Program-made: the position numbers and the translations under genes | The notes under the pieces: generated by a model | The model's input: the letters and a program-made list of their open reading frames with translations, nothing else | Told to the model about the DNA's origin: nothing | Database searches by the model: none | Shown: piece after piece, positions 18,035 through 27,453 of the stretch | Layout: every line of letters begins with the position of its first letter | Numbering within the stretch: the stretch's first letter is position 1 | Assembly: GCA_966250015.1 (NCBI GenBank) | Contig: CBINFS010000017.1 | Coordinates: 3,142 to 67,141 of the forward strand | DNA length: 64,000 bases | Source: an uncultured bacterium | GTDB lineage: Bacteria; Bacteroidota; Rhodothermia; Rhodothermales; DASSAV01 | Direction: 5' to 3'

Positions 18035-19615
18035 TCAGCCGATCACGGTGATTTTGCGCGTCACGCGGTTGTCGCCGGATGAGACGCGGAGCAGGTAGAC
18101 GCCGGCCGGAAGCCGGGACACGTCGAGGACGCTCTTATGGTCCCCCGGCGCCAGGGCCTCTTCTCGTATGGACATCACCTTTCGCCCGAGCAGGTCGAAT
18201 ACTTCGACGGTTACGGATGCAGGTGCGGGGAGTGCATACTCCAGGGTAAGCGTCGACACGGCAGGATTCGGGTAAACGGCGACCCGGGAAAACGACGTCG
18301 GCAGCACGGCATCATCTTCAGCGGACGTTTCGACGAAGCTTTCGCCGTAAACCTGCCCGTTTACCCGGATGTACACGAGTCTGGTATCTTTCTGGATACT
18401 CAGATCTGTTCCGCCTATTTCACCGAAACCGTGGGCGAGTCTCGCACCGGAACCGTAAAACCCAAAACGTTTCGTAGCCGGGACCCTCATCGTATCGCCC
18501 TTGACGACAACGTCGCCCAAACCTGGGCTGCCGGCAACCGCGCCGACGCCGCCTTCGGGGCAGGCCACGGTCGTGTTAAAGGAGGCCCCGAGGTCGCACG
18601 CACCCAGGTACGACCTTTCGTTCGGTTCCTGGTCAGAGCCGATCCACTGGGCGATCCGCCGGCCATCCTCGTCGTACCGCAACAGGTAAAGCGTATCGCT
18701 CAGCACTACGTGATTTTCTGAAATACGGCGTTCCTGCTGGATGAAGTACCGGGTTCCGTCAATGAGCGAGTCCCCGACGATTTCTCTCCGGACGTAATAC
18801 GGATCGACGAGAGCCTGATGGATCCGGTATTCCCAGACGTTGCCGAGCTGGAGGGGGTAGTAGTCGTGCCAATCGAGCGTATCCACGGCAATCGCATACC
18901 GTTCAGTCCCGTATTCTCGCCCACCAACGCGGGCGTACGTGAGCCTTGGACCCCACAGGTTGCCGGCGCTCAAAAGCCCGATATCCGCCGCGTAATTTGC
19001 AAATAAGATCGTCGAGAATTGCTTCAGGGCGTCCACGGTGTAGGTCTCGTCGCCGATTTCAACTTCCCGAGCGTACCCGCCGTCCACCAGGTAGAAGTCT
19101 TCCGGTCCGGGGCCGTATTGGATCGAATCGCCGAAGGATGCGCTGAGATCGAATAAGCCGGTTACCTCGCCGTCAAGCCCCCCAATCGGGTGCGGAAGCC
19201 GGACGGTATCAGCCGCAATCGAGTGAACCATGACCAACGTCCGGGATGAGTCGTAGCGGGCGAAGCGCGTCCTGGTGCCCCAAAGCTCGAGGCTGTATCC
19301 GGGAACACTGTGTGTCCGGTCAAAGATTTTCTCCCGTACAATGAAGTAGGAGCGGTCGCCAGAGACCGTGTCGCCTACGATCTCCCGGCGTACCAGGGGG
19401 AATCCCTCTGATTCGCGGTACTCCCAGACGTTTCCTTCCTGAAGCGGGAAGTACCGCTGCCAGTCGAGTGTGTCCGGAACGACGGTCCGAGGCTCTGTCT
19501 GGGCAAACGCGGCGGGTACGATCGTGAGAACGAGTAATGAAAAGGCTAAACGCGTGTGATGAGGGAGACACAGCATGTCGTGGTCCTCGTTTGGGGGAAC
19601 AAAGGGTTCTTCCAA
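18035..19615 (-). CDS. T9SS type A sorting-domain protein with two tandem repeats (start may be 19576)
   Basis: Signal peptide; C-term YPNPA...VEVFDLLGRKV...LPAGVYLLRV...TRKITVIG; duplicated DTLDW..Y.PLQ.GNVWEYR. Confidence 0.85.
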   Translation of the reverse strand: MEEPFVPPNEDHDMLCLPHHTRLAFSLLVLTIVPAAFAQTEPRTVVPDTLDWQRYFPLQEGNVWEYRESEGFPLVRREIVGDTVSGDRSYFIVREKIFDRTHSVPGYSLELWGTRTRFARYDSSRTLVMVHSIAADTVRLPHPIGGLDGEVTGLFDLSASFGDSIQYGPGPEDFYLVDGGYAREVEIGDETYTVDALKQFSTILFANYAADIGLLSAGNLWGPRLTYARVGGREYGTERYAIAVDTLDWHDYYPLQLGNVWEYRIHQALVDPYYVRREIVGDSLIDGTRYFIQQERRISENHVVLSDTLYLLRYDEDGRRIAQWIGSDQEPNERSYLGACDLGASFNTTVACPEGGVGAVAGSPGLGDVVVKGDTMRVPATKRFGFYGSGARLAHGFGEIGGTDLSIQKDTRLVYIRVNGQVYGESFVETSAEDDAVLPTSFSRVAVYPNPAVSTLTLEYALPAPASVTVEVFDLLGRKVMSIREEALAPGDHKSVLDVSRLPAGVYLLRVSSGDNRVTRKITVIG

Positions 19616-19686
19616 TCACCACACCACTCACCAGAAGTGTGTAATGGGGTGAGGATTACGCTACACACAACCGGCGATTTGGATGC

Positions 19687-19908
19687 TCACGCTGAACCGG
19701 ATACTTCCCCGTGACGCCCGGCAAGGTGATTCAGGATCGACGTCGTGAGTACGTCCCGCGCCATTTTAAGATCGAGGACAAATTCGAATCTGTCCACGTA
19801 CAGACGGACGCTTCTTTCCGGGGCATATCCACGTACAACGCCGAGCGCCATCGCAAGCCGGCAGAGCTCGTCGAGCGTGTACTTGTCGAGGTCGGGTTCG
19901 CTTTCCAT
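19687..19908 (-). CDS. Small hypothetical protein (73 aa)
   Basis: ATG ORF filling the gap between same-strand genes, protein-like composition. Confidence 0.5.
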   Translation of the reverse strand: MESEPDLDKYTLDELCRLAMALGVVRGYAPERSVRLYVDRFEFVLDLKMARDVLTTSILNHLAGRHGEVSGSA

Positions 19909-20025
19909 GTGCTAACACCGGGAGGGTTACACACGCATTGCACATATTATGACCGCGATGCACGATGTGCAATACGGGTCAAAAAAGAAACCTCCTCCCC
20001 CTCGATGACGCTCGGATTGCACGCG

Positions 20026-20595
20026 CTACGCCTGAGCGTTCTGCTCCAGTTTATCGAGCGCGCGCTCGTAGACTTCGAAGTCGGAACGAGAGAAGAGCAC
20101 GAAAACGACCTCATCCAGGGCGTCGGGATGCCGCTTTAGAAAGTCTATCGTGGCGTTCAGCGCGACGTCAGTGGCTTTTTCAATGGGGTAGCCGTAGACG
20201 CCGGTGCTGATGGCCGGGAAGGCGATCGTGCGCAATCCCTTTTCATGTGCCAGCGCCAGGCTGTTCGTGTAGGCGTCGGCGAGCAGCTCGGACTCGCGGC
20301 CGTTGCCGCCTCTCCAGACGGGGCCAACCGTGTGGATCACATAGCGGGCGGGCAGGTTGCCCCCGGTCGTGATGACCGCCTGGCCGGTGGGGAGTCCGTC
20401 CGGATAGGCCGTCCTCCTGATCTCCTTGCACGCTTCGAGGATTGCCGGGCCGCCGGCCCGGTGTATGGCGCCGTCCACGCCTCCGCCTCCAAGCAGGCTC
20501 GAGTTGGCTGCGTTGACGATTGCGTCGACCTCCAGGGTCGTGATGTCACCCTGAACCAGCCGTATTACGGTATTTTCTGATCTGATCGAGTCCAT
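20026..20595 (-). CDS. Macro domain O-acetyl-ADP-ribose deacetylase (YmdB-like)
   Basis: GDIT, AIVNAANSSLLGGGGVDGAIHRAGG, HTVGP, FPAISTGVYGYP. Confidence 0.95.
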   Translation of the reverse strand: MDSIRSENTVIRLVQGDITTLEVDAIVNAANSSLLGGGGVDGAIHRAGGPAILEACKEIRRTAYPDGLPTGQAVITTGGNLPARYVIHTVGPVWRGGNGRESELLADAYTNSLALAHEKGLRTIAFPAISTGVYGYPIEKATDVALNATIDFLKRHPDALDEVVFVLFSRSDFEVYERALDKLEQNAQA

Positions 20596-20685
20596 GGCTA
20601 TTCAGAAAAAGCAGAAAGGACCCCCCACTGAGGAAGGTCCTCTCCTAATATAATCGCCCGGTCTTTCCTCCTCAACGTGCATCGA

Positions 20686-20946
20686 TCAACATCGAACGCG
20701 AGGGGTCCAGGCCGGCAGCGGAACGCGAGCGTGTCGTTGTGCGCCCCGATTCGGCTCGCGATGGAAAGCCTTTCGACTTCTTCGGACCTCCGGCGAAGGG
20801 GGCAATACCGGAAGCGGAGGGTTCGGATCGGGCGGTGGAGGCTGGTCGTCTGAACCCATATCCTTCCTCCTTTTCATCTTTTTAATGGCAATCATACCCA
20901 CCAGAAAGGGCATGGCAGCCATCGCTATGATCAGGAATTCTAACAT
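20686..20946 (-). CDS. Small membrane-anchored Pro-rich protein
   Basis: N-terminal TM, basic stretch, DDQPPPPDPNPPLP. Confidence 0.6.
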   Translation of the reverse strand: MLEFLIIAMAAMPFLVGMIAIKKMKRRKDMGSDDQPPPPDPNPPLPVLPPSPEVRRSRKAFHREPNRGAQRHARVPLPAWTPRVRC

Positions 20947-21099
20947 CTCGACTCACCAACTCTATTTTTCCGACGTCGATCGTACCTGATTGTATCTAGC
21001 CTGAACATTGAATGATTCTGATTCCATGTTTCGTTCTTCTAACGATTTCCGCGGAACCGAATCCGTCACATTTACCCGGATCGGATGGAGTGGTGGATT

Positions 21100-21270
21100 T
21101 CAGCCAGGCTTGAGGTGACCGTTAGAGCGGGTGAAAAAGCCGGTGCTCACCGCCGGGAAGCCAACCGCCGCTCGCGGCTCGCTCCCGCCGTGGCACCATC
21201 CTGCGTTTGCGAGCGTGAGCAGAATGAATCCTGTCAGGACAAAAACGACGTTTTGGGCGCCGCGCGACAT
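21100..21270 (-). CDS. Possible 56-aa small secreted/membrane peptide (below ORF-track cutoff)
   Basis: Manual translation MSRGAQNVVFVLTGFILLTLANAGWCHGGSEP...HLKPG*; hydrophobic N-terminus; same strand as its neighbours. Confidence 0.3.
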   Translation of the reverse strand: MSRGAQNVVFVLTGFILLTLANAGWCHGGSEPRAAVGFPAVSTGFFTRSNGHLKPG

Positions 21271-21379
21271 GGCTCCATGGGCCGGGAGGTTTACCTGGAC
21301 TACTATAATGATAGCCCGACCCGTGCGGAGCAGTTGCTCTGGTAGAGGGAACTTTACGGAATGATTACACGCGAAGGAT

Positions 21380-23371
21380 TCAGCCGGGGAGGCCGTCTCG
21401 CGTGTTCATGTAGGTGTGCTCGCGGAAGAAATTGCGGTACTGTTCGAGCAGCTTGACGCCGGCATGGGGCCGCACTTTTCCGTCTTTCACCTTACGCTGG
21501 ATCAAGTCGTTCATGCGACGTTCCAGATCGTTCGGGAAGTACTGTACGAGCCCGAGCTGCTCCTCGACGGTCGAGCCGGGAAGGATGGTCTCGATGTAGA
21601 AATTGCCCGGTTCGGTGGCGTCGGCGTAAACGTGAACCTCGGTAACGCGCCCGAACAGGTTGTGCATGTCCCCCATGATGTCCTGGTAGGCGCCCATGAG
21701 AAACACCCCCAGGACGTACGGCTCATTCGGGCGGAGCGGATGCAGCTCGAGGAAGTGCTTGTCGCCTTCGGGGACGACGTAGCTGTCGACCTGGCCGTCG
21801 GAGTCGCAGGTGAGGTCCGTCAGCTTCCCGCGCCGATCCGGCACTTCGTCCAACCGGTGGATGGGCATGATCGGGAAGCGCTGGCCGATCGCCCAGTGAT
21901 CTACCATGGAACGGAAGACCGAGAAGTTGCACACGTAGGCGTCGACGAGCTGAAGGTCGAGGCCGGCCAGCTCGTCGGGTGGTTTCGTACCGTTCAGGCG
22001 CTGGAGGGTAGTGGCGATCTCCTGGATCGAAGACCAGTACAGCCGTTCGGCCGCCGCCTTCTGTTCGAGCGTCAGTTGCCCCCTCCGGAATAGCTCGATG
22101 ACCTCGTTCCGGAGCTCTTCGGCAACCCGGTAGCTATCCTGAGCGGTCCCCAGGTCCCCAACTCCACGACGGAGGATTTCGAGCAGGCCGGCAAGTTGGC
22201 TTAGCAGGGGGTGATCCTGTTCCGGAAAGCCATTCTTCCCTGCGGCATCCTTCCGACGGACCGCCACCACCTCGGTGACGAATACCGAGTGATGGGCCGT
22301 GACGGCTCGCCCACTCTCGGAAACCAGAGTCGGGTGCGGCACCATCTCCTCGTCGCAAACGGCCTTCACGGTCGACACGACGGCGTGTGCGTACTCGTCG
22401 ATCGTGTAGTTGATGTAGCCCGCAACGTCGGGATTGCCGGCCTCATAATTGACGCCCAGTCCCCCTCCGATGTCGAGGTATTGAAGCGGTATCCCTCGTT
22501 TGTACAGCCGGGCGTACACGCGCGTGGCTTCCTGGACGGCCATCCGCACGTTTTGCAGGTGCGCGATCTGGCTTCCCAGGTGGAAGTGCAGCAGCCTGAA
22601 GCGCATCCTATCGCCGTCGGCCTCCAGCCGCTGGATCAGCCGCAACAGCTCGCTCAGGGAGATGCCAAACTTGGAGTTTTCACCGCCGGATTCGGACCAG
22701 AGCCCGGCGCCCGTAGTGGACAGCCGCACCCTGACGCCAAACTGAGCCGTACCGTCCACTTCTTTGGCGAGGCGGCGGAGCATCTCGTACTCGTCGTAGC
22801 GCTCGAGGACGGGGATGATGTTTTTTCCGAGCTGCTGCCCCGCGACCATCAAACGCATCATGACGGCGTCCTTATTGCCGTTACAGATGAGCAGCGTATC
22901 GTCGTCGGGCAGATAGGGCAACGTGGCCGCCAGCTCCGCCTTCGACCCACACTCCAACCCGTAACCGTAGGCCTTCCCCGCTTCCAGGATCTCCTCGACG
23001 ACCTCGCGCAGCTGGTTTACCTTGATCGGGTAGACCCCCTGATACACGCCGTCGTACCCGGTCTGGCCGATCGCGCTGCGGAACGCCTCGTTCAGCCGCA
23101 CCACGCGCGACCGTAAGAGGTCCTGGAACCGGATGAGAAAAGGAAACCGGATCCCCTTGGCCTGTACCTGTTCGACGACTTCATAGAGATCGATTGAAAG
23201 GTCGTCGTCCCAGAGCGGCCGCACGGCAACATGGCCCTCGTCGTTTACGAAGAAGTAATCATCCCCCCAGGCGCGGACGTGATAGAGGGCTTCTGCGGCG
23301 GAAGGGTCGAGGGTCGTCTCGAGTACGTCGAGCGTCAAGGGGGCGATTTTACTGTAGAAGGCGTCTGCCAA
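21380..23371 (-). CDS. speA: Biosynthetic arginine decarboxylase
   Basis: YPIKVNQ (PLP Lys), GLECGSKAEL, SGGENSKFG, HFHLGSQ, DLTCDSDG, GAYQDIMGDMHNLFG. Confidence 0.96.
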   Translation of the reverse strand: MADAFYSKIAPLTLDVLETTLDPSAAEALYHVRAWGDDYFFVNDEGHVAVRPLWDDDLSIDLYEVVEQVQAKGIRFPFLIRFQDLLRSRVVRLNEAFRSAIGQTGYDGVYQGVYPIKVNQLREVVEEILEAGKAYGYGLECGSKAELAATLPYLPDDDTLLICNGNKDAVMMRLMVAGQQLGKNIIPVLERYDEYEMLRRLAKEVDGTAQFGVRVRLSTTGAGLWSESGGENSKFGISLSELLRLIQRLEADGDRMRFRLLHFHLGSQIAHLQNVRMAVQEATRVYARLYKRGIPLQYLDIGGGLGVNYEAGNPDVAGYINYTIDEYAHAVVSTVKAVCDEEMVPHPTLVSESGRAVTAHHSVFVTEVVAVRRKDAAGKNGFPEQDHPLLSQLAGLLEILRRGVGDLGTAQDSYRVAEELRNEVIELFRRGQLTLEQKAAAERLYWSSIQEIATTLQRLNGTKPPDELAGLDLQLVDAYVCNFSVFRSMVDHWAIGQRFPIMPIHRLDEVPDRRGKLTDLTCDSDGQVDSYVVPEGDKHFLELHPLRPNEPYVLGVFLMGAYQDIMGDMHNLFGRVTEVHVYADATEPGNFYIETILPGSTVEEQLGLVQYFPNDLERRMNDLIQRKVKDGKVRPHAGVKLLEQYRNFFREHTYMNTRDGLPG

Positions 23372-23478
23372 TACCGGACCGGGTCAGAAAGTGAGCGGGT
23401 ACTGAATCCAGGGGCACGAAAACGCATTCCGGACCCGCTCGTTCCCGGACCCGGCGGAACGGTAAAGCCGCCCTTGCG

Positions 23479-24201
23479 CTACTCGTCAATCCGTTCGGCG
23501 CCGGCGAGCTTGTACCCGATGCCGTAGACGCTTTTGATGGCCCAGGTATCCTCGTCTTCTCCATTCATCACTTTGCGGAGGGCGTTCACGTGCCGGTCGA
23601 TCGTCCGAGTTTCGATGTCGCCCGGTAGCTCCCAGACGTCCCGAAGCAGCTGCTCGCGCGAGACGGTCCGCCCGCGATGGAGGATCAGGTAACGCAGCAG
23701 GCGATACTCGAGGTCGGTCAGGTCGACCGGTTCGCCGTCTCGCGTAACGGAGCGGGTGCCGAGGTTTACGGTGAGCCCTCCTACTTCGAACACGCCGCGT
23801 TCGTCCTCGCGGGACACCTGGCTGCGGCGCAGGATGGCCTGCATACGGGCGAGGAGCTCGTCGGTCGAGAAGGGTTTGGTCAGGTAGTCGTCGGCTCCAA
23901 GCTCGAAGCCGCGCATTTTATCTTCGTGCGCCCCGAGCCCGGTGAGCATCAGCACGGGTGTACGGACGCCGTGTGCGCGCGCTTCACGCAGGATGTCGAA
24001 TCCACTACGGCCGGGCAGCTTGGCGTCGAGAATCATCAGCGCGTACCCTGGCAGCTCGACTGCACGCGCCATGCCCTGATCACCATCGGTGGCAAGGGTC
24101 ACGTCGTACCCTTGAGTCTCGAGAAACATCAAGAGACCAGTGCTGAGCTGGGGGTCGTCTTCGACGACCAGGACGCGTTTACCAGTGTTGTCTTGCTTCA
24201 T
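23479..24201 (-). CDS. OmpR-family response regulator (no adjacent kinase)
   Basis: VVEDD, ILDAKLP, GADDYLTKPF, TRTIDRHV, VYGIGY. Confidence 0.93.
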   Translation of the reverse strand: MKQDNTGKRVLVVEDDPQLSTGLLMFLETQGYDVTLATDGDQGMARAVELPGYALMILDAKLPGRSGFDILREARAHGVRTPVLMLTGLGAHEDKMRGFELGADDYLTKPFSTDELLARMQAILRRSQVSREDERGVFEVGGLTVNLGTRSVTRDGEPVDLTDLEYRLLRYLILHRGRTVSREQLLRDVWELPGDIETRTIDRHVNALRKVMNGEDEDTWAIKSVYGIGYKLAGAERIDE

Positions 24202-24316
24202 TATGGATTTGTGTAATGAGCTTCGAGGGTTGTGATCGTGTAATCTCCCGCACCAACAGAATTCACTCGTATTTTATGTTCAGGCGCCGGACTCGTTCCG
24301 GCCCGGCGTAGTACCG

Positions 24317-24715
24317 TCAGACTCCCGTAGAGACCGTCCGGGGTTTCTTGTGGCCGTCCATCCGGGTAAGCAATGGGGGCCAGTCCCCTTCTGGCATTTG
24401 TTCATCCAAAACCCGGGTCGAGGCAAACAACTTCGCCCCGGCGTCTGGAACGCCAAAAACAAGCGTTATGAGGTCCTGATCCGGTTCGTCACACGGCGCA
24501 CCTGAAAGCAGCTCGATCAGGCCGTTTACGTAATGTACACTCCCCGGAGAAAAGTATACCTTACGGCAACCCTCGTTCGGAACGGTCTGCGCAAAAAGAG
24601 CCATCTCCGCCGGTGCGCCTGCGGCGATAAAACGTTTCTGGAACTCCCGGCAGAGTCGATGATAAAGGCCCTCAGCAATACTATTTGCCGAGAGATCCAC
24701 ACAGTACCAGGTCAT
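24317..24715 (-). CDS. Hypothetical protein (132 aa)
   Basis: Strong RBS GGAGGAG upstream of ATG; VYFSPGS, PCDEP. Confidence 0.7.
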   Translation of the reverse strand: MTWYCVDLSANSIAEGLYHRLCREFQKRFIAAGAPAEMALFAQTVPNEGCRKVYFSPGSVHYVNGLIELLSGAPCDEPDQDLITLVFGVPDAGAKLFASTRVLDEQMPEGDWPPLLTRMDGHKKPRTVSTGV

Positions 24716-24985
24716 ACGCCTCTCCTCCTACCCATTCGCACTGCAAAAGCCGACAGGCAAGTTTAACATGGGCTGCCCTAATCGGTTAGTACCTGACTGT
24801 AAAGGGCTTGCAATTTGCATCGATAATCACACTAGCGTGACATTTTGTAGCGTTACACATTATTTATTGAACTATCACCTAAATTGTATCAATCTCTGTT
24901 GCCGGGCGTATAGATTGTCGGAGGTAAGCCCATGGCTCGTCCGATACCTTCCTTTAACCCGGATTATCTGACGTCGACTGCCGAA

Positions 24986-25699
24986 ATGTGGATTCTTCTG
25001 ATCGAAGACGAACGTGATCTTGCAGAATCTCTGCAGACAGGCCTGGAAGAGATGGGATACACGGTGGACGTCGTCTCAGATGGCATTCGTGGCGAAATTC
25101 AGGCCCTGACGAATACGTACGACGTACTGATCGTGGACTGGATGCTGCCCCGCCAGGATGGCATCTCACTCATCAAGCGTATTCGCGCCCAGGGGGTGAC
25201 GACACCCGTCCTGGTTCTGACCGCCCTGACGGACGTCGAGGATCGTGTAAAAGGGCTCGACGCCGGGGCTGACGATTACCTGACAAAACCTTTCTCCTTT
25301 GAAGAGCTGTTTGCCCGCTTGCGTGCGCTCATCAGGCGGTCACAGAGTGCCGGCACCGATCCTTACGCCGTGATCCAGGCGGGCCCGCTGCGTGTTACGC
25401 CGGAACGTCGATCGGCCATGATGGGCAACAACAGGGTCGAGCTCCGCCACAAAGAATATGCGTTGCTCGAGCTCCTGGCCAGACGCGCCGGAACCGTCGT
25501 CACGCGGACCGTCATCGCCGAGCGCGTCTGGGGCTCGGCCGTCGGAACCAGCGACGACGTGATCAACATGACGGTGTCGAGCCTCCGAAAGAAGCTGACC
25601 GAGGTCCCCGGCATTCCGCCGGAGGAGTCGATCTCGATCGAAACGATCCGGGGCGTCGGCTACCGCCTCTCTCTGACGTCCTCGACGACCACCACCTGA
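24986..25699 (+). CDS. OmpR-family response regulator, CusR/CzcR-like (no adjacent kinase)
   Basis: MWILLIEDE, VDWMLP, RVKGLDAGADDYLTKPFSFEEL, TIRGVGY. Confidence 0.93.
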   Translation: MWILLIEDERDLAESLQTGLEEMGYTVDVVSDGIRGEIQALTNTYDVLIVDWMLPRQDGISLIKRIRAQGVTTPVLVLTALTDVEDRVKGLDAGADDYLTKPFSFEELFARLRALIRRSQSAGTDPYAVIQAGPLRVTPERRSAMMGNNRVELRHKEYALLELLARRAGTVVTRTVIAERVWGSAVGTSDDVINMTVSSLRKKLTEVPGIPPEESISIETIRGVGYRLSLTSSTTTT

Positions 25700-25813
25700 C
25701 GCCGCTTTCGGCAGCCCGTTTTTTTGCACACGAAGGCGCGAAGAAAGTTTAGCTATCGGTGGACGATTGCTGTGCGTACCCTATCAGTTTATTCAGAAAA
25801 CAGCTTTTCATAA

Positions 25814-25908
25814 AGATCCCTCGTCACTTCGTGACTCGGGATGACAGCGGTGGAGTAGCGCACATACCCTGAATTTGTCATCCCGACGAACCATGTGAGG
25901 AGGGATCT
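25814..25908. repeat. Inverted pair of REP-like palindromes (TGTCATCCCG...GAGGGATCT type)
   Basis: agatccctcgtcacttcgtgactcgggatgac (25814-25845) and gtcatcccgacgaaccatgtgaggagggatct (25877-25908). Confidence 0.75.
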
Positions 25909-25963
25909 TCCCAAAGTGCGGCCTTTCTGGATGGCTCCAACGATTGACGAGGACGCCACAATT

Positions 25964-26081
25964 GCTCCCCTGGACAGGGGAGCTGTCACGGAATGACTGA
26001 GGGGTAGATCGATTGTTACGTCGATTTTGATTTAGGCCTCACAATCGACCACCCCCGGCCCCTCCTGTCCAGGCGGGGAGC
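25964..26081. repeat. Second REP-like inverted doublet (CTCCCC...GGGGAG type)
   Basis: gctcccctggacaggggagc...ggggtagatcgattgt...acaatcgaccacccc...ctcctgtccaggcggggagc. Confidence 0.7.
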
Positions 26082-26170
26082 TTGAAAGGACAGGTCAGCG
26101 AATTATTTCAAGGCGAATAGCTCGCATTCAGGTAGCCGTTCATATAGGTTGAGGCAGACCAAATGCTTAC

Positions 26171-26200
26171 CTGGATCCCGGCTCGGCGGCCGGGATGACG
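26171..26200 (-). repeat. CGTC-type REP-like palindrome
   Basis: Reverse complement is cgtcatcccggccgccgagccgggatccag. Confidence 0.7.
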
Positions 26201-26322
26201 TGTTTTTTAGTGTATTTAGTAACGCTATCCTCCTGCCATCGGACTGCACCCTCTCAAATAATCATCCGCGGACATCTGCGGACGAAATCCCTTCGCGCCT
26301 TCGCGTGAACAATCGATTCCAA

Positions 26323-27408
26323 CTAATCGGTCGTGGTGATCATGGCGACGTCGCTCATGAAGACGTGGGGGTTGCGCGGGATGGCATAGACCGTCTCCCC
26401 TATCTGATAGCCTGACTGACGGTAATGCTCGCGAGAGAGCTCGGCCTCGAGGGTCTCGCCGGTGTCGCACCGTTCGAGCTCGAGGCGCACGATCGGGCCA
26501 ACGGCTACGACGTAGCGGATAATGGTTTTCAGAGCCGGTTCGCCGTTCAGCATACGGGTCACGTGCAGGTCGCGGGGGCGGACGAAGAGAACCGCCGGGG
26601 CCTCAGGCACGTCGTTCGCAACCTCCAGCTTGACGCGCGCGTCCGCGATTTGCGCGTGGCCGTTCCGTATCTGCCCGGAAAGACGGTTTACGTTGCCGAT
26701 GAAGTCGTAGACGAAGGGTGAGGCCGGATGGTCGTAGACCTCCTCCGGAGTGCCGATCTGTTCGATCCGGCCTTCGTTCATCACGACGACGCGGTCTGCC
26801 ACCTCGAGCGCCTCTTCCTGATCATGCGTGACGAAGACACTGGTTACGTGGAGCTTGTCGTGCAGGTGGCGCAGCCAGCGGCGTAGCTCGCGCCGCACCC
26901 TGGCGTCGAGCGCCCCGAAGGGTTCGTCGAGCAGGAGGACCTGCGGCTCAACCGCAAGGGCGCGCGCCAGCGCCACCCGCTGCCGCTGGCCGCCTGAAAG
27001 CTGCGAAGGATAGCGGTCGGCCGTCCAGTCGAGCTGTACGAGCCGTAGCAGGTCGTGAACCCTGGTCTCGATCTCTTCCTTCGACGGACGTTCACGCCGG
27101 GGACGCACCTGCAAGCCGAAGGCCACGTTGTCGAACACCGTCATGTGCTTGAACAGGGCGTAGTGCTGGAACACGAAGCCGACGCGCCGCTCACGGGCAG
27201 AGCTCCGGGTGGCATCCTTCCCCGAAAAGTGGATGGAACCCGAATCCGGCTGCTCCAACCCGGCAATGATGCGCAGCAACGTGGTCTTGCCGCACCCCGA
27301 AGGCCCCAGGAGCGCGACGAGCTCTCCGGTCGCCACGTCCAGGTCGATGTCTGTGAGGGCTCGAAAAGGACCAAACGTCTTCGAAATGGACTTGATCTGT
27401 ATGCTCAT
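26323..27408 (-). CDS. cysA: Sulfate ABC transporter ATP-binding protein
   Basis: [35 protein letters not shown]-like C-terminus; operon context. Confidence 0.95.
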   Translation of the reverse strand: MSIQIKSISKTFGPFRALTDIDLDVATGELVALLGPSGCGKTTLLRIIAGLEQPDSGSIHFSGKDATRSSARERRVGFVFQHYALFKHMTVFDNVAFGLQVRPRRERPSKEEIETRVHDLLRLVQLDWTADRYPSQLSGGQRQRVALARALAVEPQVLLLDEPFGALDARVRRELRRWLRHLHDKLHVTSVFVTHDQEEALEVADRVVVMNEGRIEQIGTPEEVYDHPASPFVYDFIGNVNRLSGQIRNGHAQIADARVKLEVANDVPEAPAVLFVRPRDLHVTRMLNGEPALKTIIRYVVAVGPIVRLELERCDTGETLEAELSREHYRQSGYQIGETVYAIPRNPHVFMSDVAMITTTD

Positions 27409-27453
27409 GCGATTCCTTCTATATGATCGAATGTAGTTTCACTTCTTCCGTCA

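Noticed and set aside
25789-26470. Small ORFs (25789..25989, 26149..26415, 26225..26470), or a CRISPR array, in the repeat region
   Set aside because: The ORFs are translations of palindromic DNA or overlap cysA; the repeats are inverted and heterogeneous, not regularly spaced direct repeats
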